A stretch of 64,000 bases of DNA. Origin: an uncultured Chlamydiae bacterium (GTDB lineage Bacteria > Chlamydiota > Chlamydiia > Chlamydiales > JAJFMA01). Below, one piece after another: positions 1-10,855 of the stretch. A model generated the notes under the pieces. The model saw nothing but the letters and a program-made list of their open reading frames with translations, was not told the origin of the DNA and ran no database searches. The stretch lies in assembly GCA_963713615.1 (NCBI GenBank), contig CAVQMM010000001.1, positions 2,336,001 to 2,400,000 on the forward strand, written 5' to 3'. A program made the translations under genes and the position numbers. Numbering within the stretch: the first letter of the stretch is position 1; the number at the start of each line of letters is the position of its first letter.

Positions 1-109
1 CCATCTGAGTCCTCTAGAGTCGTCTTTCCTAGCTTATAGGACTTCTGAAATGCTTTCAAAAGGACATAAAAATCTCAAAGGACTTTTACAAATTTGTCTC
101 CTAAGTCCT

Positions 110-1489
110 TTATGTACGTGCGCTATGCCCTATCGCCTCAATGTAGTCTTCAGCAGGCAAGGGTACGCCTTTCCACTGCTGCAAGAGCTCCTGCGTGGGA
201 TAATAAAACTGCTGCGCTAACTCAAACTGCCTATCTTCTGAAACAGGCAATCCACTGATCTCAGCATAGGTCCTGCGGTCCATCGCCTGCAAGGCTTTCT
301 GTACCTCCGGCAAACTATCAGGCCCCGACGCATTCTTCAACGCAGCATAACAAAGATCCCGGGGATAGACAATGACCTCCACAGTCTTTGCATAACACAA
401 GGCATCAAAGATAAAGCGCTCACACTTCCACGCTTTCATAGGATGCACCTCGCCATCTTCCATCACCTGCACAGGTTTGTGAGCATAATGCACCGGAAAA
501 TTATCCAAATGATTCGAGGCCAATTTTCCGATAAAATCCATCGTAAAGCAAAAGATACTCAGATTCGCACACTTGTGCTTAATAGACCCATCCGCCAACA
601 CGGCCTGCTTTTCCTGACGTCGCAGTTCCGTATACTCCACAACCCTCACATAGCCGTCTTCAACCAAAATAACGCCTACGTGTTCGTCCACACGCTGTCG
701 CTGCGTCGCCTTTACCGTCACGTCACAGCCTTTGCGGCTATGGTATCCTATCAGACTGGGGTTAAAGGGAAAGGCCAGGGCATTATCAATCTGGATAAAA
801 CAAACCTCTGTGATTCCGGCAGCCTTCCACGTCTCCCAAATGCCGCTACTATGAAAATGATGCAGGGCTCCACCATTTCCATCCGGTCCCACAGCCATCT
901 GTCCACTATCCTGAAGCAGTAGCTGTCCCTGATCGCCCACAAAAGGCAGCATCCCCTGACAAAAGAAGCTTAACTGGCTGGAGCCGAGTCCAAAGTTACC
1001 GCACTCCTTGAAGTACTCGCGAGTGGTGGTATCATTCAGCGGTGAGGTCATAATCGCTATGGGAAGGACCTGCCCGGCCTGTTGGCTGGCTGCTAACGTC
1101 CGCTCGGCCAAAAGCTGAAATAAGGTCTTGTGTTTCATCGTAGTGACGGGACAGATGCCTTTGGGTCCATTAAGTCCCAAACGCGTCCCCTGTCCACCGG
1201 CGACGATGATGCAACCGACCTTGCCCTGTTTGAGCTTTTCCAGGCCTGCTTGATGATCTTCGGGATTCCCAAACAAACCAAAATGATCTAGGGGCTGTGT
1301 ATCGTGCTGTTCAATTCCATGGGGAGGCCGGATGAGGAAACGCTTCTGGGTTTCATACATCTCTAGGTCGAGATCTTCGATCTGCTGCAATAAACGCGCC
1401 TGCTGGGGCGCGGTGAGTGTTGCCCAGTGCTCTAGTAGATGCGCCTGACCAATCGAATCCAGCTTGTGCTGCGCGGCATTGAGATCCAT
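110..1489 (-). CDS. UDP-N-acetylglucosamine pyrophosphorylase, eukaryote/UAP1-like (UDPGP family)
   Basis: VAGGQGTRLG..GPKG, PDGNGG, VVEYTE, KCERFIFD and LKNA motifs; 459 aa. Confidence 0.9.
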   Translation of the reverse strand: MDLNAAQHKLDSIGQAHLLEHWATLTAPQQARLLQQIEDLDLEMYETQKRFLIRPPHGIEQHDTQPLDHFGLFGNPEDHQAGLEKLKQGKVGCIIVAGGQGTRLGLNGPKGICPVTTMKHKTLFQLLAERTLAASQQAGQVLPIAIMTSPLNDTTTREYFKECGNFGLGSSQLSFFCQGMLPFVGDQGQLLLQDSGQMAVGPDGNGGALHHFHSSGIWETWKAAGITEVCFIQIDNALAFPFNPSLIGYHSRKGCDVTVKATQRQRVDEHVGVILVEDGYVRVVEYTELRRQEKQAVLADGSIKHKCANLSIFCFTMDFIGKLASNHLDNFPVHYAHKPVQVMEDGEVHPMKAWKCERFIFDALCYAKTVEVIVYPRDLCYAALKNASGPDSLPEVQKALQAMDRRTYAEISGLPVSEDRQFELAQQFYYPTQELLQQWKGVPLPAEDYIEAIGHSART

Positions 1490-1556
1490 CTTAACTCCGA
1501 CGGCGTAAGATTAGTAATCGCTTGTACTTTTTCTAGGCAGAGGATAGCCTAAAGCT

Positions 1557-1606
1557 GGTATACCACAATCGGTCATAAATTTGGAATTTGGACCGATTGG
1601 GGTATC
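1557..1606. repeat. Short derivative of palindromic element B
   Basis: GTATACCACAATCGGTCATAAATTTGGAATTTGGACCG matches 16587-16624 with one mismatch; closes with inverted GACCGATTGGGGTAT. Confidence 0.7.
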
Positions 1607-1624
1607 AATGAGGGAAAGGACTCT

Positions 1625-2761
1625 ATGATTAAAGCCTTAGATTTTTTTTCGGGTAAGCGCGTTTTTATTACAGGTAGTACGGGATTTAAGGGCAGTTGGC
1701 TAAGCTTTGCCCTGGCGCAATCAGGCGCTCAGGTAACCGGTTATGCTCTTCCGCCGCATACGGAACCCAACCTGTTTACCATCTTGGGACTTCAAGATCG
1801 CATCAAGCAAATCATCGGTAATGTGGGTGATCTTCCGGGGTTGTCGCATGCTATGGTGCAGGCAAACCCAGACATCGTGATTCACATGGCTGCGCAGCCA
1901 ATCCTGCGAAAGGGCTATGAGGACCCCGTCGACACCTTTGCCACCAATACCATGGGAACGGTTCACTGCTTAGAGGCTGCCAGACTATGCCCTAAGCTAC
2001 GCTCGATTGTTGTTGTGACCACCGATAAGGTCTACAAAAATGCTAACTGGCACTGGGCCTATCGAGAAACCGATATCTTGGGTGGTCACGACCCATACAG
2101 CACTTCCAAAGCATGCAGCGAGATGATCGTAGAGTGCTACCGCGAGTCTTTCTTCCCACTGCCACGCTTTGGCGAGGACCACTATGTCTTGATGGCTAGT
2201 GCCAGAGCCGGCAATGTGATCGGCGGGGGAGACTGGTCTCCTTACCGCATCGTTCCCGACATCGTCCGCGGTGTTTTGGGGGCTGGCGACGAATTGGTGC
2301 TACGCAATGCTGAAGCGACACGTCCCTGGGAGCATGTCTTAGAGCCTTTAGCCGGATATCTGCTCCTAGCCAAAGGGCTTTATGAAGGAAATACGACGCT
2401 ATCGTCGGCATGGAACTTTGCTCCGGCCCCAGCGGCCTGCGTTCCGGTGGAACGTTTAGTGCAACAGGCTCTGCAGCACTTATCTAGTCCGCTGGAGTAT
2501 CGCGTGCAGGCTAACCCGCAAAAAGAAGACCAGCTGCTACAGTTGGATGCCTCCAAAGCACAACAAGTTTTAGGATGGCGTCCCCTTCTCAACCTGGAAG
2601 AGACCATCGCCTGGACATTTCAATGGTATTCGCAATACTACGCGAATAGTGACATGACAAGCTTTACCCATGAACAGATCAAAAATTATTTTGTTCGTCA
2701 GGGTGTTGTGACGGGAGAAAAGCATCGCCATCAATCTGAACCTATTAAATCACGGCTTTAG
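1625..2761 (+). CDS. rfbG: CDP-glucose 4,6-dehydratase
   Basis: ITGSTGFKGSWL, TDKVYKN, GGHDPYSTSK, RAGNVIGGGDW and RPWEHVLEPL motifs. Confidence 0.92.
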   Translation: MIKALDFFSGKRVFITGSTGFKGSWLSFALAQSGAQVTGYALPPHTEPNLFTILGLQDRIKQIIGNVGDLPGLSHAMVQANPDIVIHMAAQPILRKGYEDPVDTFATNTMGTVHCLEAARLCPKLRSIVVVTTDKVYKNANWHWAYRETDILGGHDPYSTSKACSEMIVECYRESFFPLPRFGEDHYVLMASARAGNVIGGGDWSPYRIVPDIVRGVLGAGDELVLRNAEATRPWEHVLEPLAGYLLLAKGLYEGNTTLSSAWNFAPAPAACVPVERLVQQALQHLSSPLEYRVQANPQKEDQLLQLDASKAQQVLGWRPLLNLEETIAWTFQWYSQYYANSDMTSFTHEQIKNYFVRQGVVTGEKHRHQSEPIKSRL

Positions 2762-2781
2762 TATACTGTCTCTTCCGACGG

Positions 2782-3855
2782 ATGAACAAGGCTATCGCCA
2801 TGCAACCAGACAAGCAGAAGACCTGGTGGGGATCAGAACCTCGCAATATCATTGTAAGGATGCCCAACTGGCTGGGTGACTTAGTGATGGCTACACCGGT
2901 GCTCGCCGATCTGCGGCAGCGCTTTCCCCATGCTAACATTACAGCGATGTGCGTCGAACCCATAGCGACATTGTTGGAGCAAGATCCGCATATTGACCAA
3001 TTATTCCGCTTTCGACGCATAAACAATTGGATTCATCATTTTCATAGCTATCAGATTCTTGAGCCCCTGCGTCACAACGAATATGACCTGGGTGTGCTTT
3101 TAACGAATTCGTTGTCATCGGCCTGGTGGTTTTGGCGGGGTAAGGTGCAGCATCGCCTCGGCTACATAGGGCACTGGCGTCGGTTGTTATTGAATAAGGC
3201 GTTGTCACTGCCGGCAAACCATGAGACACAGCACCTTGTTCTTACCTATAAGCAGCTTCTTGAGCCGCTAGCCATCCCCCTCTCTAACTCAACGCCTGCG
3301 CTATACATCAGTGATGAGGAAATGAGCGCCGCTCACGCCCTCCTGGCGAACAATGGTGTGAAGCCTGGAGATGTCATCATCGGTGTCAATCCCGGCGCGG
3401 CCTTTGGCTCGGCAAAATGTTGGTTACCAGACCGCTACCGCGAAGTCGCCGCTAGCCTTAGTGCCGATCCCAAACATCGCATGATCTTCTTTGGTGATCC
3501 GGCTGGAACGCCTTTGGTTAACGATATCTGTAATGGTATGCCCGATCAAGTCATTAACTTGGCCGGCAAGACAACCATCCGCGAGTTAGCAGCGCTCATC
3601 AAATGTTGCCGTGTCCTGCTCACCAATGACAGCGGTCCCATGCACATGGCTGCCGCTTTGGGAGTGCCTCCTTTAGCTCTGTTTGGATCCACGAATGATG
3701 TCAAGACAGGGCCCTATGGTCTGGGACGTGTTTTACATAAACACGTGGAATGTTCCCCTTGCTATAAGCGAGTGTGTCCGATCGACTTTCGCTGCATGAA
3801 GCGTATCGAAGTTGAAGAAGTCTTGCGCAACCTCCGCGAAATGCTGCAAGAGTAG
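2782..3855 (+). CDS. waaF: Lipopolysaccharide heptosyltransferase II-like (GT9)
   Basis: PNWLGDLVMATP, NPGAAFGSAKCW, TNDSGPMHMAAA and C-terminal CSPC..C...C motifs. Confidence 0.8.
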   Translation: MNKAIAMQPDKQKTWWGSEPRNIIVRMPNWLGDLVMATPVLADLRQRFPHANITAMCVEPIATLLEQDPHIDQLFRFRRINNWIHHFHSYQILEPLRHNEYDLGVLLTNSLSSAWWFWRGKVQHRLGYIGHWRRLLLNKALSLPANHETQHLVLTYKQLLEPLAIPLSNSTPALYISDEEMSAAHALLANNGVKPGDVIIGVNPGAAFGSAKCWLPDRYREVAASLSADPKHRMIFFGDPAGTPLVNDICNGMPDQVINLAGKTTIRELAALIKCCRVLLTNDSGPMHMAAALGVPPLALFGSTNDVKTGPYGLGRVLHKHVECSPCYKRVCPIDFRCMKRIEVEEVLRNLREMLQE

Positions 3856-3871
3856 AGCAGGAGGGCAGGAG

Positions 3872-4101
3872 AGGAATTTTACCACAGAGGACACCGAGAC
3901 GCCGAGATAGGAGAGAAAGGAAGGAATTTTTGGTTTTTATTTTGGATTCGTCCACATAGTCCATGATGTCCATTACTGTCCATATGGTCCATTCCTAAAT
4001 CCATCCTAAGATAGGTCTAGTAGACGATATGGACGAATCCAAAATAAAAACCAAAAATTCCTTCCTTTCTCTCCTATCTCGGTGTCTCTGGTAAAATTCC
4101 T
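3872..4101. repeat. Long intergenic inverted repeat (REP/MITE-like)
   Basis: Perfect 53-bp arms 3902-3954 and 4030-4082; outer AGGAATTTTACCA/TGGTAAAATTCCT arms. Confidence 0.85.
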
Positions 4102-4207
4102 AATCTCCTCTTCCCTTTCGTTTCCTCGCCCCCCTTCCTCCTTTCTCTTCTCCATTGAACTTCTAAGGCTAAACGCTTATCTTTTTCCCAAAAAGGGACG
4201 TTGCGCC

Positions 4208-5941
4208 ATGAAAATGTTTGGTCACGAGAATGATGAATCGGACTTCCTACAAACGATGTTTGAAGAGGACGATGCGCCTGCGCCAGTTCATAGCGAAGAG
4301 ACCTCCGCAGAACTCGAGGCTCTTGTTTCGCAGATCACTTCAATGAAAAGCCTCTTAACTAAGAGTCAGGCCGAAAGTCAACGACTGCGAAATGAAGCTG
4401 TCTCCTCGCAGCGAGACCGGCAGCGCTTTGGGGCTTTGCAACGCATGGCGCAGGAGAAGGAGCAACGCCTCAAGCAGCTTGAGGACTTCCAGGCCTTGTA
4501 CCATCGCGCTCAAGATCAGCTGCAGCAGGCGCAGCAGCGCAACGACGAAAGCGCTGAAGAGCTGCAGAGCTTGTATGGACAAATCGAAAGCCTGAAGAGC
4601 TCTGTTCGGGAAGGCGAGAAAGCTCGTGCGCAGATAGCCCAGAAGCTGGATCAGCGAACAGAGGCTTTGGAAGCCGCTCAAGAACAGTGCAGAGCCCGCA
4701 CTACCCAGTTAGAAGAGTTCAAGCAGGAGCTAGAGGCTCTTCATCATGACATTGCGGAAACGGTCCAAGTCATTCGCGATCTTGAGGCCCGTTATCAGGG
4801 AGCTATCAGAGAAAAAGCCGACCTGGTTGATCAGGCCGAACGTGCACGCCAACAGCTACTGGGGCTAAAAGAAGAGCTTAAAGCTAGAGATATCATTGTT
4901 ACAGAGGCGCAGACTAGCAAGCAGCGCTACAAGCAGCAGATTTCCGTGATGGAACAGCAGATCACCGAAACACAGCGTCAACAATGTCAGCTGCAGATGG
5001 CTCTCACGGATTTGCGGCGGGACCGAGAAGCCTTGCAGAGGTCTAAGTCCGGCGTAGAGGTCGATCTCAAAAAAGCCCAACAAGAGCGCATAGAGCTAGA
5101 GGGACGTCTACAGCAGCTTTCTGAGGAGAAAAACCGCAAGGTTGCAGAGCTGCAGCAACAAAATGACAAGGTCTCGCATGAGCAGCGTCAACGTGAGCAA
5201 TGTGAGAAGCAGGCTCAGGAGCTAGAAGAACACCTGCGAGCAGCCAATGAAGCCTTGAGCCACGGCACGGCACAGCAGCAAAAGCTGGCCGAGGATTTAG
5301 GTAACAAAGAAAGGCAGCTGGAAGAGCTCAACACACAGATTGTCCAACTAAGGCAAGCTAGAGATTTGGCTGAAGAAGAATTGTCCAAGTATCGCCGTAC
5401 TGCAGAAAGCCGTGACGCCGATCTGCAGCAGGCTCACCAACACCTGGCAAAAAAGGTTAAGGAATCCGCTCGTCTAGCAGAACGCTTGGAAGAAAGCGAA
5501 GGCCGCCAGCGTGACCTAGATCAGCTCTGTGAAGACCTTAAGCGACGTCTAATTGCTTCCGAAGCCGAAGTGGATCAGGCGCGCCGTAAAGAGACTGAGG
5601 TGGAAAATCGCTGTCAACAACGCATCTTGGAAGCCCAAGGGACCGCTAACCATTGGGAAAGAGAACATGGCAGAGTGTTGCAGCAGCTACAGCACGCTGA
5701 AGAGACTAATAAGCGTCTGCGCGAACTTGAGAGCAAATATAACCAGGTATCGGGACTCCTAGCAAACCTAGGACAGCTGTTTGACGGTTCTAAGATACAG
5801 GAAAAGGCTCCCGAGAGACCCAAGGTTATGCCCACAGAACAGCCAGCAGCTGAGAAGCCTGCGGTGCGGGCCGAGGAGCAAGATTTATTCTCGTCTCCGC
5901 CACCACAACGGCGCCCTAAACGTAACTTATTCGATAGCTAA
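4208..5941 (+). CDS. Long coiled-coil hypothetical protein
   Basis: E/Q/L/K/R-rich heptad pattern; ATG at 4208 preferred because the ORF-track start lies inside the inverted repeat. Confidence 0.75.
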   Translation: MKMFGHENDESDFLQTMFEEDDAPAPVHSEETSAELEALVSQITSMKSLLTKSQAESQRLRNEAVSSQRDRQRFGALQRMAQEKEQRLKQLEDFQALYHRAQDQLQQAQQRNDESAEELQSLYGQIESLKSSVREGEKARAQIAQKLDQRTEALEAAQEQCRARTTQLEEFKQELEALHHDIAETVQVIRDLEARYQGAIREKADLVDQAERARQQLLGLKEELKARDIIVTEAQTSKQRYKQQISVMEQQITETQRQQCQLQMALTDLRRDREALQRSKSGVEVDLKKAQQERIELEGRLQQLSEEKNRKVAELQQQNDKVSHEQRQREQCEKQAQELEEHLRAANEALSHGTAQQQKLAEDLGNKERQLEELNTQIVQLRQARDLAEEELSKYRRTAESRDADLQQAHQHLAKKVKESARLAERLEESEGRQRDLDQLCEDLKRRLIASEAEVDQARRKETEVENRCQQRILEAQGTANHWEREHGRVLQQLQHAEETNKRLRELESKYNQVSGLLANLGQLFDGSKIQEKAPERPKVMPTEQPAAEKPAVRAEEQDLFSSPPPQRRPKRNLFDS

Positions 5942-5960
5942 AATAGCTAAAAAGGCGCAT

Positions 5961-6473
5961 GTGACTCAAAAGCCCTTCAAAGTCCTTGGCATCGATCCAG
6001 GAACACGCATCACAGGCTACGGCGTCGTAGAAAGTGCAAACGGCCGCTTAAAGGTCTTGGACTATGGCTGTATTCGTCCACCAGCATCGGCAAGTCTGTC
6101 ACAGCGCTATAAAATCATCTACGATGGCTTATGTGCGTTGTTGGATAATTTTAAGCCCGATGCTGTAGCTGTGGAATCGCAGTACATGCGTGAAAACTTT
6201 CAAAGCTCTGTCAAGCTAGGCATGGCCAAAGGCATGGGCATTTTAGCAGTTTGTCAAAGAAATATTCCCATTTACGAATACTCCCCTAGCAAAGCTAAGC
6301 TGGCGGTCGTTGGCAATGGACGCGCTAGCAAGGAACAAGTGCAGGGGATGATTCAGCGTCTCCTTTTGTTGAGTAAACTGCCTGAACCCGCCGATGCCGC
6401 CGATGCTCTTGCTTTGGCTATTTGTCATATTCAGAATGCCAATCGTGCCGGCTATGTCGGTCAACCTATATAG
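5961..6473 (+). CDS. ruvC: Holliday junction resolvase RuvC
   Basis: VLGIDPG, GNGRASKEQV and DAADALALAICH motifs; GTG start at 5961 inferred. Confidence 0.93.
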   Translation: MTQKPFKVLGIDPGTRITGYGVVESANGRLKVLDYGCIRPPASASLSQRYKIIYDGLCALLDNFKPDAVAVESQYMRENFQSSVKLGMAKGMGILAVCQRNIPIYEYSPSKAKLAVVGNGRASKEQVQGMIQRLLLLSKLPEPADAADALALAICHIQNANRAGYVGQPI

Positions 6474-6482
6474 GATCATGCT

Positions 6483-7088
6483 ATGTTTGCATATATTAAG
6501 GGTCTTCTCGCTCAGGCTAATTCTCACCAGGCGATCATCGAAGCTAATGGTATCGGCTACCTGATCTTTATTCCCATCAGTGCTTTCGGCCAAATGCCCC
6601 ATGTAGGCTGTGAGACGATCCTGCATACCTCTTTAATCATTCGCGAACAAGCTCACACGCTATATGGCTTTCTGACCGCAGATGAACGAGACCTGTTTGA
6701 AGTCCTCGTTAGTATCAGCGGAGTAGGTCCTAAAACGGCCTTAAGCTTAATTGGTCATCTAAACGTCCACGACTTCGCCAAGGCCATCTCCGAAAATGAT
6801 ATCCGCACGATGTGTAAGGTTCCTGGTATCGGAAAAAAAACTGCAGAGCGGCTGCTCCTGGAGGTTCGCGACAAATTGCCGGCGATGTCTAGCCCATCGA
6901 TAGCGCATGTATCACTAAAAGGGCCACTGGACCCACGCGCACAAACCATTCATGATGCCATGAATGCTCTGATTCACCTAGGCTATAATCAGGGCACCGC
7001 CGAAAAGGCCATCAAGAAAAGTCTAGAGGCATTACCGGACCTTCCAGAGCTGCCGCTATTGATCACCACATCGCTTAAAAATGTGTGA
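6483..7088 (+). CDS. ruvA: Holliday junction branch migration protein RuvA
   Basis: LYGF, SGVGPKTAL, VPGIGKKTAERL and ALIHLGY motifs. Confidence 0.95.
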   Translation: MFAYIKGLLAQANSHQAIIEANGIGYLIFIPISAFGQMPHVGCETILHTSLIIREQAHTLYGFLTADERDLFEVLVSISGVGPKTALSLIGHLNVHDFAKAISENDIRTMCKVPGIGKKTAERLLLEVRDKLPAMSSPSIAHVSLKGPLDPRAQTIHDAMNALIHLGYNQGTAEKAIKKSLEALPDLPELPLLITTSLKNV

Positions 7089-7295
7089 GATGAAAGGATC
7101 GATTCTTTTCGGAAAAAAGGTTACCCTTTTTGCGAGAAGGCGATTCTAGAGAGCTCAGCTGGCATGCCATTATCTGGTCTGGAGACACAGGTTTTTACCC
7201 CCTCCTAGGCCCGATATTGCAACAGGCCAAGATATCGCCCCATAGGCCTCAACCAAAGCCCTCATAATCGTATCTCGGCGCGCAGCGCTTTGGAG

Positions 7296-9178
7296 CGGAA
7301 GTTCACCCCTGTTTTTGAAAAAAACACCTACCTAAAGTGTTGATTTTTCGAGCTTTTAGAGGCCTTTTCTTGTCCTGTGTTTAGTGACTACATTACTTGT
7401 GGCCACCTGGATTTGCTTTGGCATGGTAATTTGTAGAGCGCTCAAAATGTTAGTGGCCTCCTTGGAGGGGGCAGGGATCATTTCAATGGTCACCGCATCT
7501 GAGCACTTTATTGAATTTTGACATATAAGGCCTAACACTCGCAGGGCCTCTTCTGCAGTCATATTTACTTCAGCTAACCTTGAACGCAGCTCTCTTACAA
7601 TCATATGAGCCAGCATAGTGATAAATATGTGCCCCTTGGTGCTCTCTACTGTTCTTACATAAATCGGCCTGATTTCCAAAAAATTGCTCTTGAAGGTTCT
7701 GAAATCATCCTCAACGTATTTTAGGTCTTTGTATCGTTCGAAAATTTCTAGGTCAGAAGCTTCTTCCTTACCTAATTCCGTTGTCCATACGTAACAACCG
7801 TCAAACTTAGATTTTTCTTTTAGCCGCTCCTGGTCGATCTCTAAACGTAATTGCCTTTTTTCGACGGAAACACTGACCCACTCTGCAATGCATAGTTTTT
7901 TTAGATATTGTCGTATTCGATTCTTTGCCAACACCGCTGACATTGTAGGCTTAGACTCAAGTTTTTTGTTTTCTTGATCCACGCGCCTTTGAGCGGTAGA
8001 TAGGCGTTCTTCTCTTTGTGATTGGGTTTCTAAAGCACGTCCAGGATTGCGCCGATAGATGTATCTCTTGCCTTCAAGACAAATCGATTGAAGATCTTTC
8101 GTGAATGTATCCAGACAAAGAATCTCTGCGCCTATTAGCGATTTCATCTCAGGAAGAGTCAAGGCTGTGACATATCCAAACCCGTATTCCTTTAGCAATA
8201 GCTTCTGCTTGTTCCGAATCATTCCTCTATCACCAACTAGGACAACGTTCTTGCAGCCAAATCTGGCTTTAATTTTGTCTAACTGATTTTGAAAAGCTCA
8301 GAGTGTCCTGGGTATTGCCTGCAAAGGCCTCGACGGAGACTGGCATTCCATTATTGATGCTTAACAGCCCTATAACGACCTGCTTCTTTCTTTTCTTCTT
8401 GTCGCGGTTGTGTCCATAGGCAGCCAAGGCATTTTGCGTGCCCTCAAAGTATGAGCTTGTTACATCGTACCAGTAAAATTGCCCAGAATAACGCCTAAGC
8501 CTGAAAAGCGAATTCTCAATGGAACTTTGATTTTTGGCTACCCAATGCAGGCTTTGATAAAAGTCATTTTCATCAAAACCTGGTTGAGGTTGATTATGGA
8601 GGCAATATCATAGATTAGGACCAGTCTTGCCGCCGACAGGCGAGAGCCTTGCTCAAGAATCCTTGCGAAGACAAGCCAAAGGATAAGTTTAGCGTGGAAA
8701 CTATCACCTAGGGCTTTTGTGATCCCAAGACTGTCTGCCAATTGCTTTAGAACGAACACTCCTCCAACTGATCTGCCCTGAACAATGCTAAAACTGTCCT
8801 TGGACAAGATTGTAGGATTGTCCTTATGCATTTTTCAGACCTAGCCTAATAGCCTCAATATCACTCTTAGAACACCCTGAAAGATTAGCCAGTGTGCGGT
8901 TTTTAACCTTTGTGCCCTCTCTATATGATTCACGAAGCAAAATAGACTGGTAAACCTTTCCAAGAATTAACATTGGACGTTGATTTTGCAATGTACATAC
9001 AGTTTCCATCATATAACTGGACTACATTATACGCATAATAAATATATCTACAATATATTTTAGATGATATTTGAATAATTATTTTAGTGACTACATTTTT
9101 TCGGAAAAATAGTGATGCAAAGCATTTATATTCATCACAATACGATCAAAGTAGTGGGGAAATTAGGGTGAACTTCCG
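7296..9178 (-). mobile_element. IS1634-family element, copy 1 (transposase frameshifted)
   Basis: Terminal inverted repeat CGGAAGTTCACCC; TTGGAG duplicated at 7290-7295 and 9179-9184; nearly identical to 51913-53790 apart from small indels. Confidence 0.92.
7356..8996 (-). pseudogene. IS1634 transposase split into three ORF pieces
   Basis: ORFs 8824-9012, 8538-8831 and 7356-8222 match parts of the 545-aa transposase. Confidence 0.8.
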
Positions 9179-9229
9179 TTGGAGTGCGGTCGCTCGCGAC
9201 GTAAGCGTCAATTGAGGCCATCTGGCGAT

Positions 9230-10773
9230 TTATTCGGCAGTGGGGGCTGATGAGGTGGATGAGGCCTTTGCTTGTCGCCTGGCGGCAGCCCAAGCGTCGG
9301 GCAGAAGCTCGTGAAGTTTTTGAGAATTATGGGCTGGCAGGCGCCTCATCACATCCTCTAGGTATTCGTGGGGGTTGACTCCTATCGCGCGGCAGGTCTG
9401 TACCAGGCTTAGCAGTACGGCGGAAGCTTCCCACCCTCCTCGCTTCCAATAAACATCCAGTTCTTGCGGCCAATAGCTAGAGGGCGTATCGCTCGCTCCG
9501 CTACATTGTTGTCGAGACGCGCAAATGCATGTTGGGTGTAGTTTTTCAGATGGGGAATTAAGCTGCAATAATAGCCTAGAGCCTCCCTTAGATTCGATTT
9601 GGGAAGAGCCTTGCCATTAACCAGCCGGTCCTTGATGCGTGCAGTCAGCTCATCTATTATTGGAGCTTCTTTCTCTTGTCTTATCCGCAGACGTTCCTCT
9701 GGAGAACGTTCCCAAGCAACTCTCTCTAACATAAATAGATATTTTATCTTGCGCAGTACCCAGCTAACAAATTTTTTATCGCCACCTACAGCGTCGAAAA
9801 ACTTGCGCCGAATGTGACTCCAGCATGGACACCAAGTGAATTGCTTCTTATTAGCCAGTGCTTCATAGGCTCCATATTTATCCGAATGGACAACACCTTT
9901 ATATCCAGCTAGTATTTCCACAGCATGCTTGTGGCAGCGGTCCGTGCGAAAATGATAGACTCGATAAGGCGGATTTTTTTCCTGCCCTCCAACGATCACC
10001 CACATAAAAGCCTGGTGCACCTTTCCCTTACCAGGGACAAGCATGTCCACAGGAGATTCGTCCACAAAAACATTGTTGCTGCTGAGCACGCGAGCAATCA
10101 TTTCTTCATATAGCGCCTTTAAGGCATATCCACAGCGCATTACCCACTTGCAAAGTATTTGTCGGCTGATGAGAATGCCCTCGCGAGCTAAGATTTCCGA
10201 TTGACGAAATAAAGGAAGGTGATCGGCGAATTTTTTCACGATCACACTGGCTAAAAGACTCTCATCGGCTTGACAGCGAGGAAAAATGCTATCTGGTAAA
10301 TCTGCGATAAAAACGCCCTCTTCACTATGTGCTCTACATGCATACTTGGGACGTACTAGCTCCTTGACGTAGTAGCTACCTGGCGTATGCGCTATTTTGT
10401 GAGTGACTTCTTCGCCAATTTTGACGAGGGCTTCACCCGTTGTAGGGCAAACTTTTTGATCCTCTGGCAAATCTAAAATACAGCGTTGAACGGGAATATT
10501 GTCTGGAAGCGTAATTTTATCTTTGCCATTGCGCCCCTGCTTAACCCGTCGATGAGCAGGCACATTTATTGTCTCTTTTTGCTCTTCGGAACCAAGATTT
10601 TCGAAACCTTCCAGGTAGAGTTGTTGACCGCCATCGTCGACTACTTTTTCCGAACGTTTCCCAAAAATCTGACGCCTAAACCATTCAAGCTGCTCCTTGA
10701 GAAAGCTATTCTCATTTCGCAGGGAATAAATTTCCGATTGAAGCTGTTCTAGTGATAGTGTTGAGGTTTCCAT
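9230..10773 (-). pseudogene. tnpC: IS66 transposase TnpC, frameshifted near the C-terminus
   Basis: FGKRSEK, DHLPLFRQ, CWSHIRRKF and DNNVAERAIRP motifs; tail SLVQTCR..GVNP..YL lies in another frame (9230-9568). Confidence 0.85.
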
Positions 10774-10855
10774 ATGCTCTAAATCATATCACAGACCCCC
10801 TCTATTATCAAGTATTTTATCTAATAAAATGCACATTGTTTTTAGGATTTTAGGC

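Noticed and set aside
3950..3992. CRISPR array from the GTCCA repeats
   Set aside because: Units are 5 bp with 3-5 bp gaps; there is no repeat-spacer structure and no cas genes.
4208..5941. SMC/SbcC annotation for the coiled-coil protein
   Set aside because: No Walker A/B or signature motif.
5781..5960. N-terminal extension of RuvC
   Set aside because: Overlaps the upstream gene; RuvC homology starts near GTG 5961.
7089..7300. Loss of ruvB caused by the IS insertion
   Set aside because: ruvB is normally unlinked from ruvA/ruvC in chlamydiae and no remnant is visible.
7356..9190. Programmed or biological frameshifting in IS1634 copy 1
   Set aside because: Scattered 1-4 bp indels with almost no substitutions, also in non-coding parts, look like unpolished sequencing error or simple decay.
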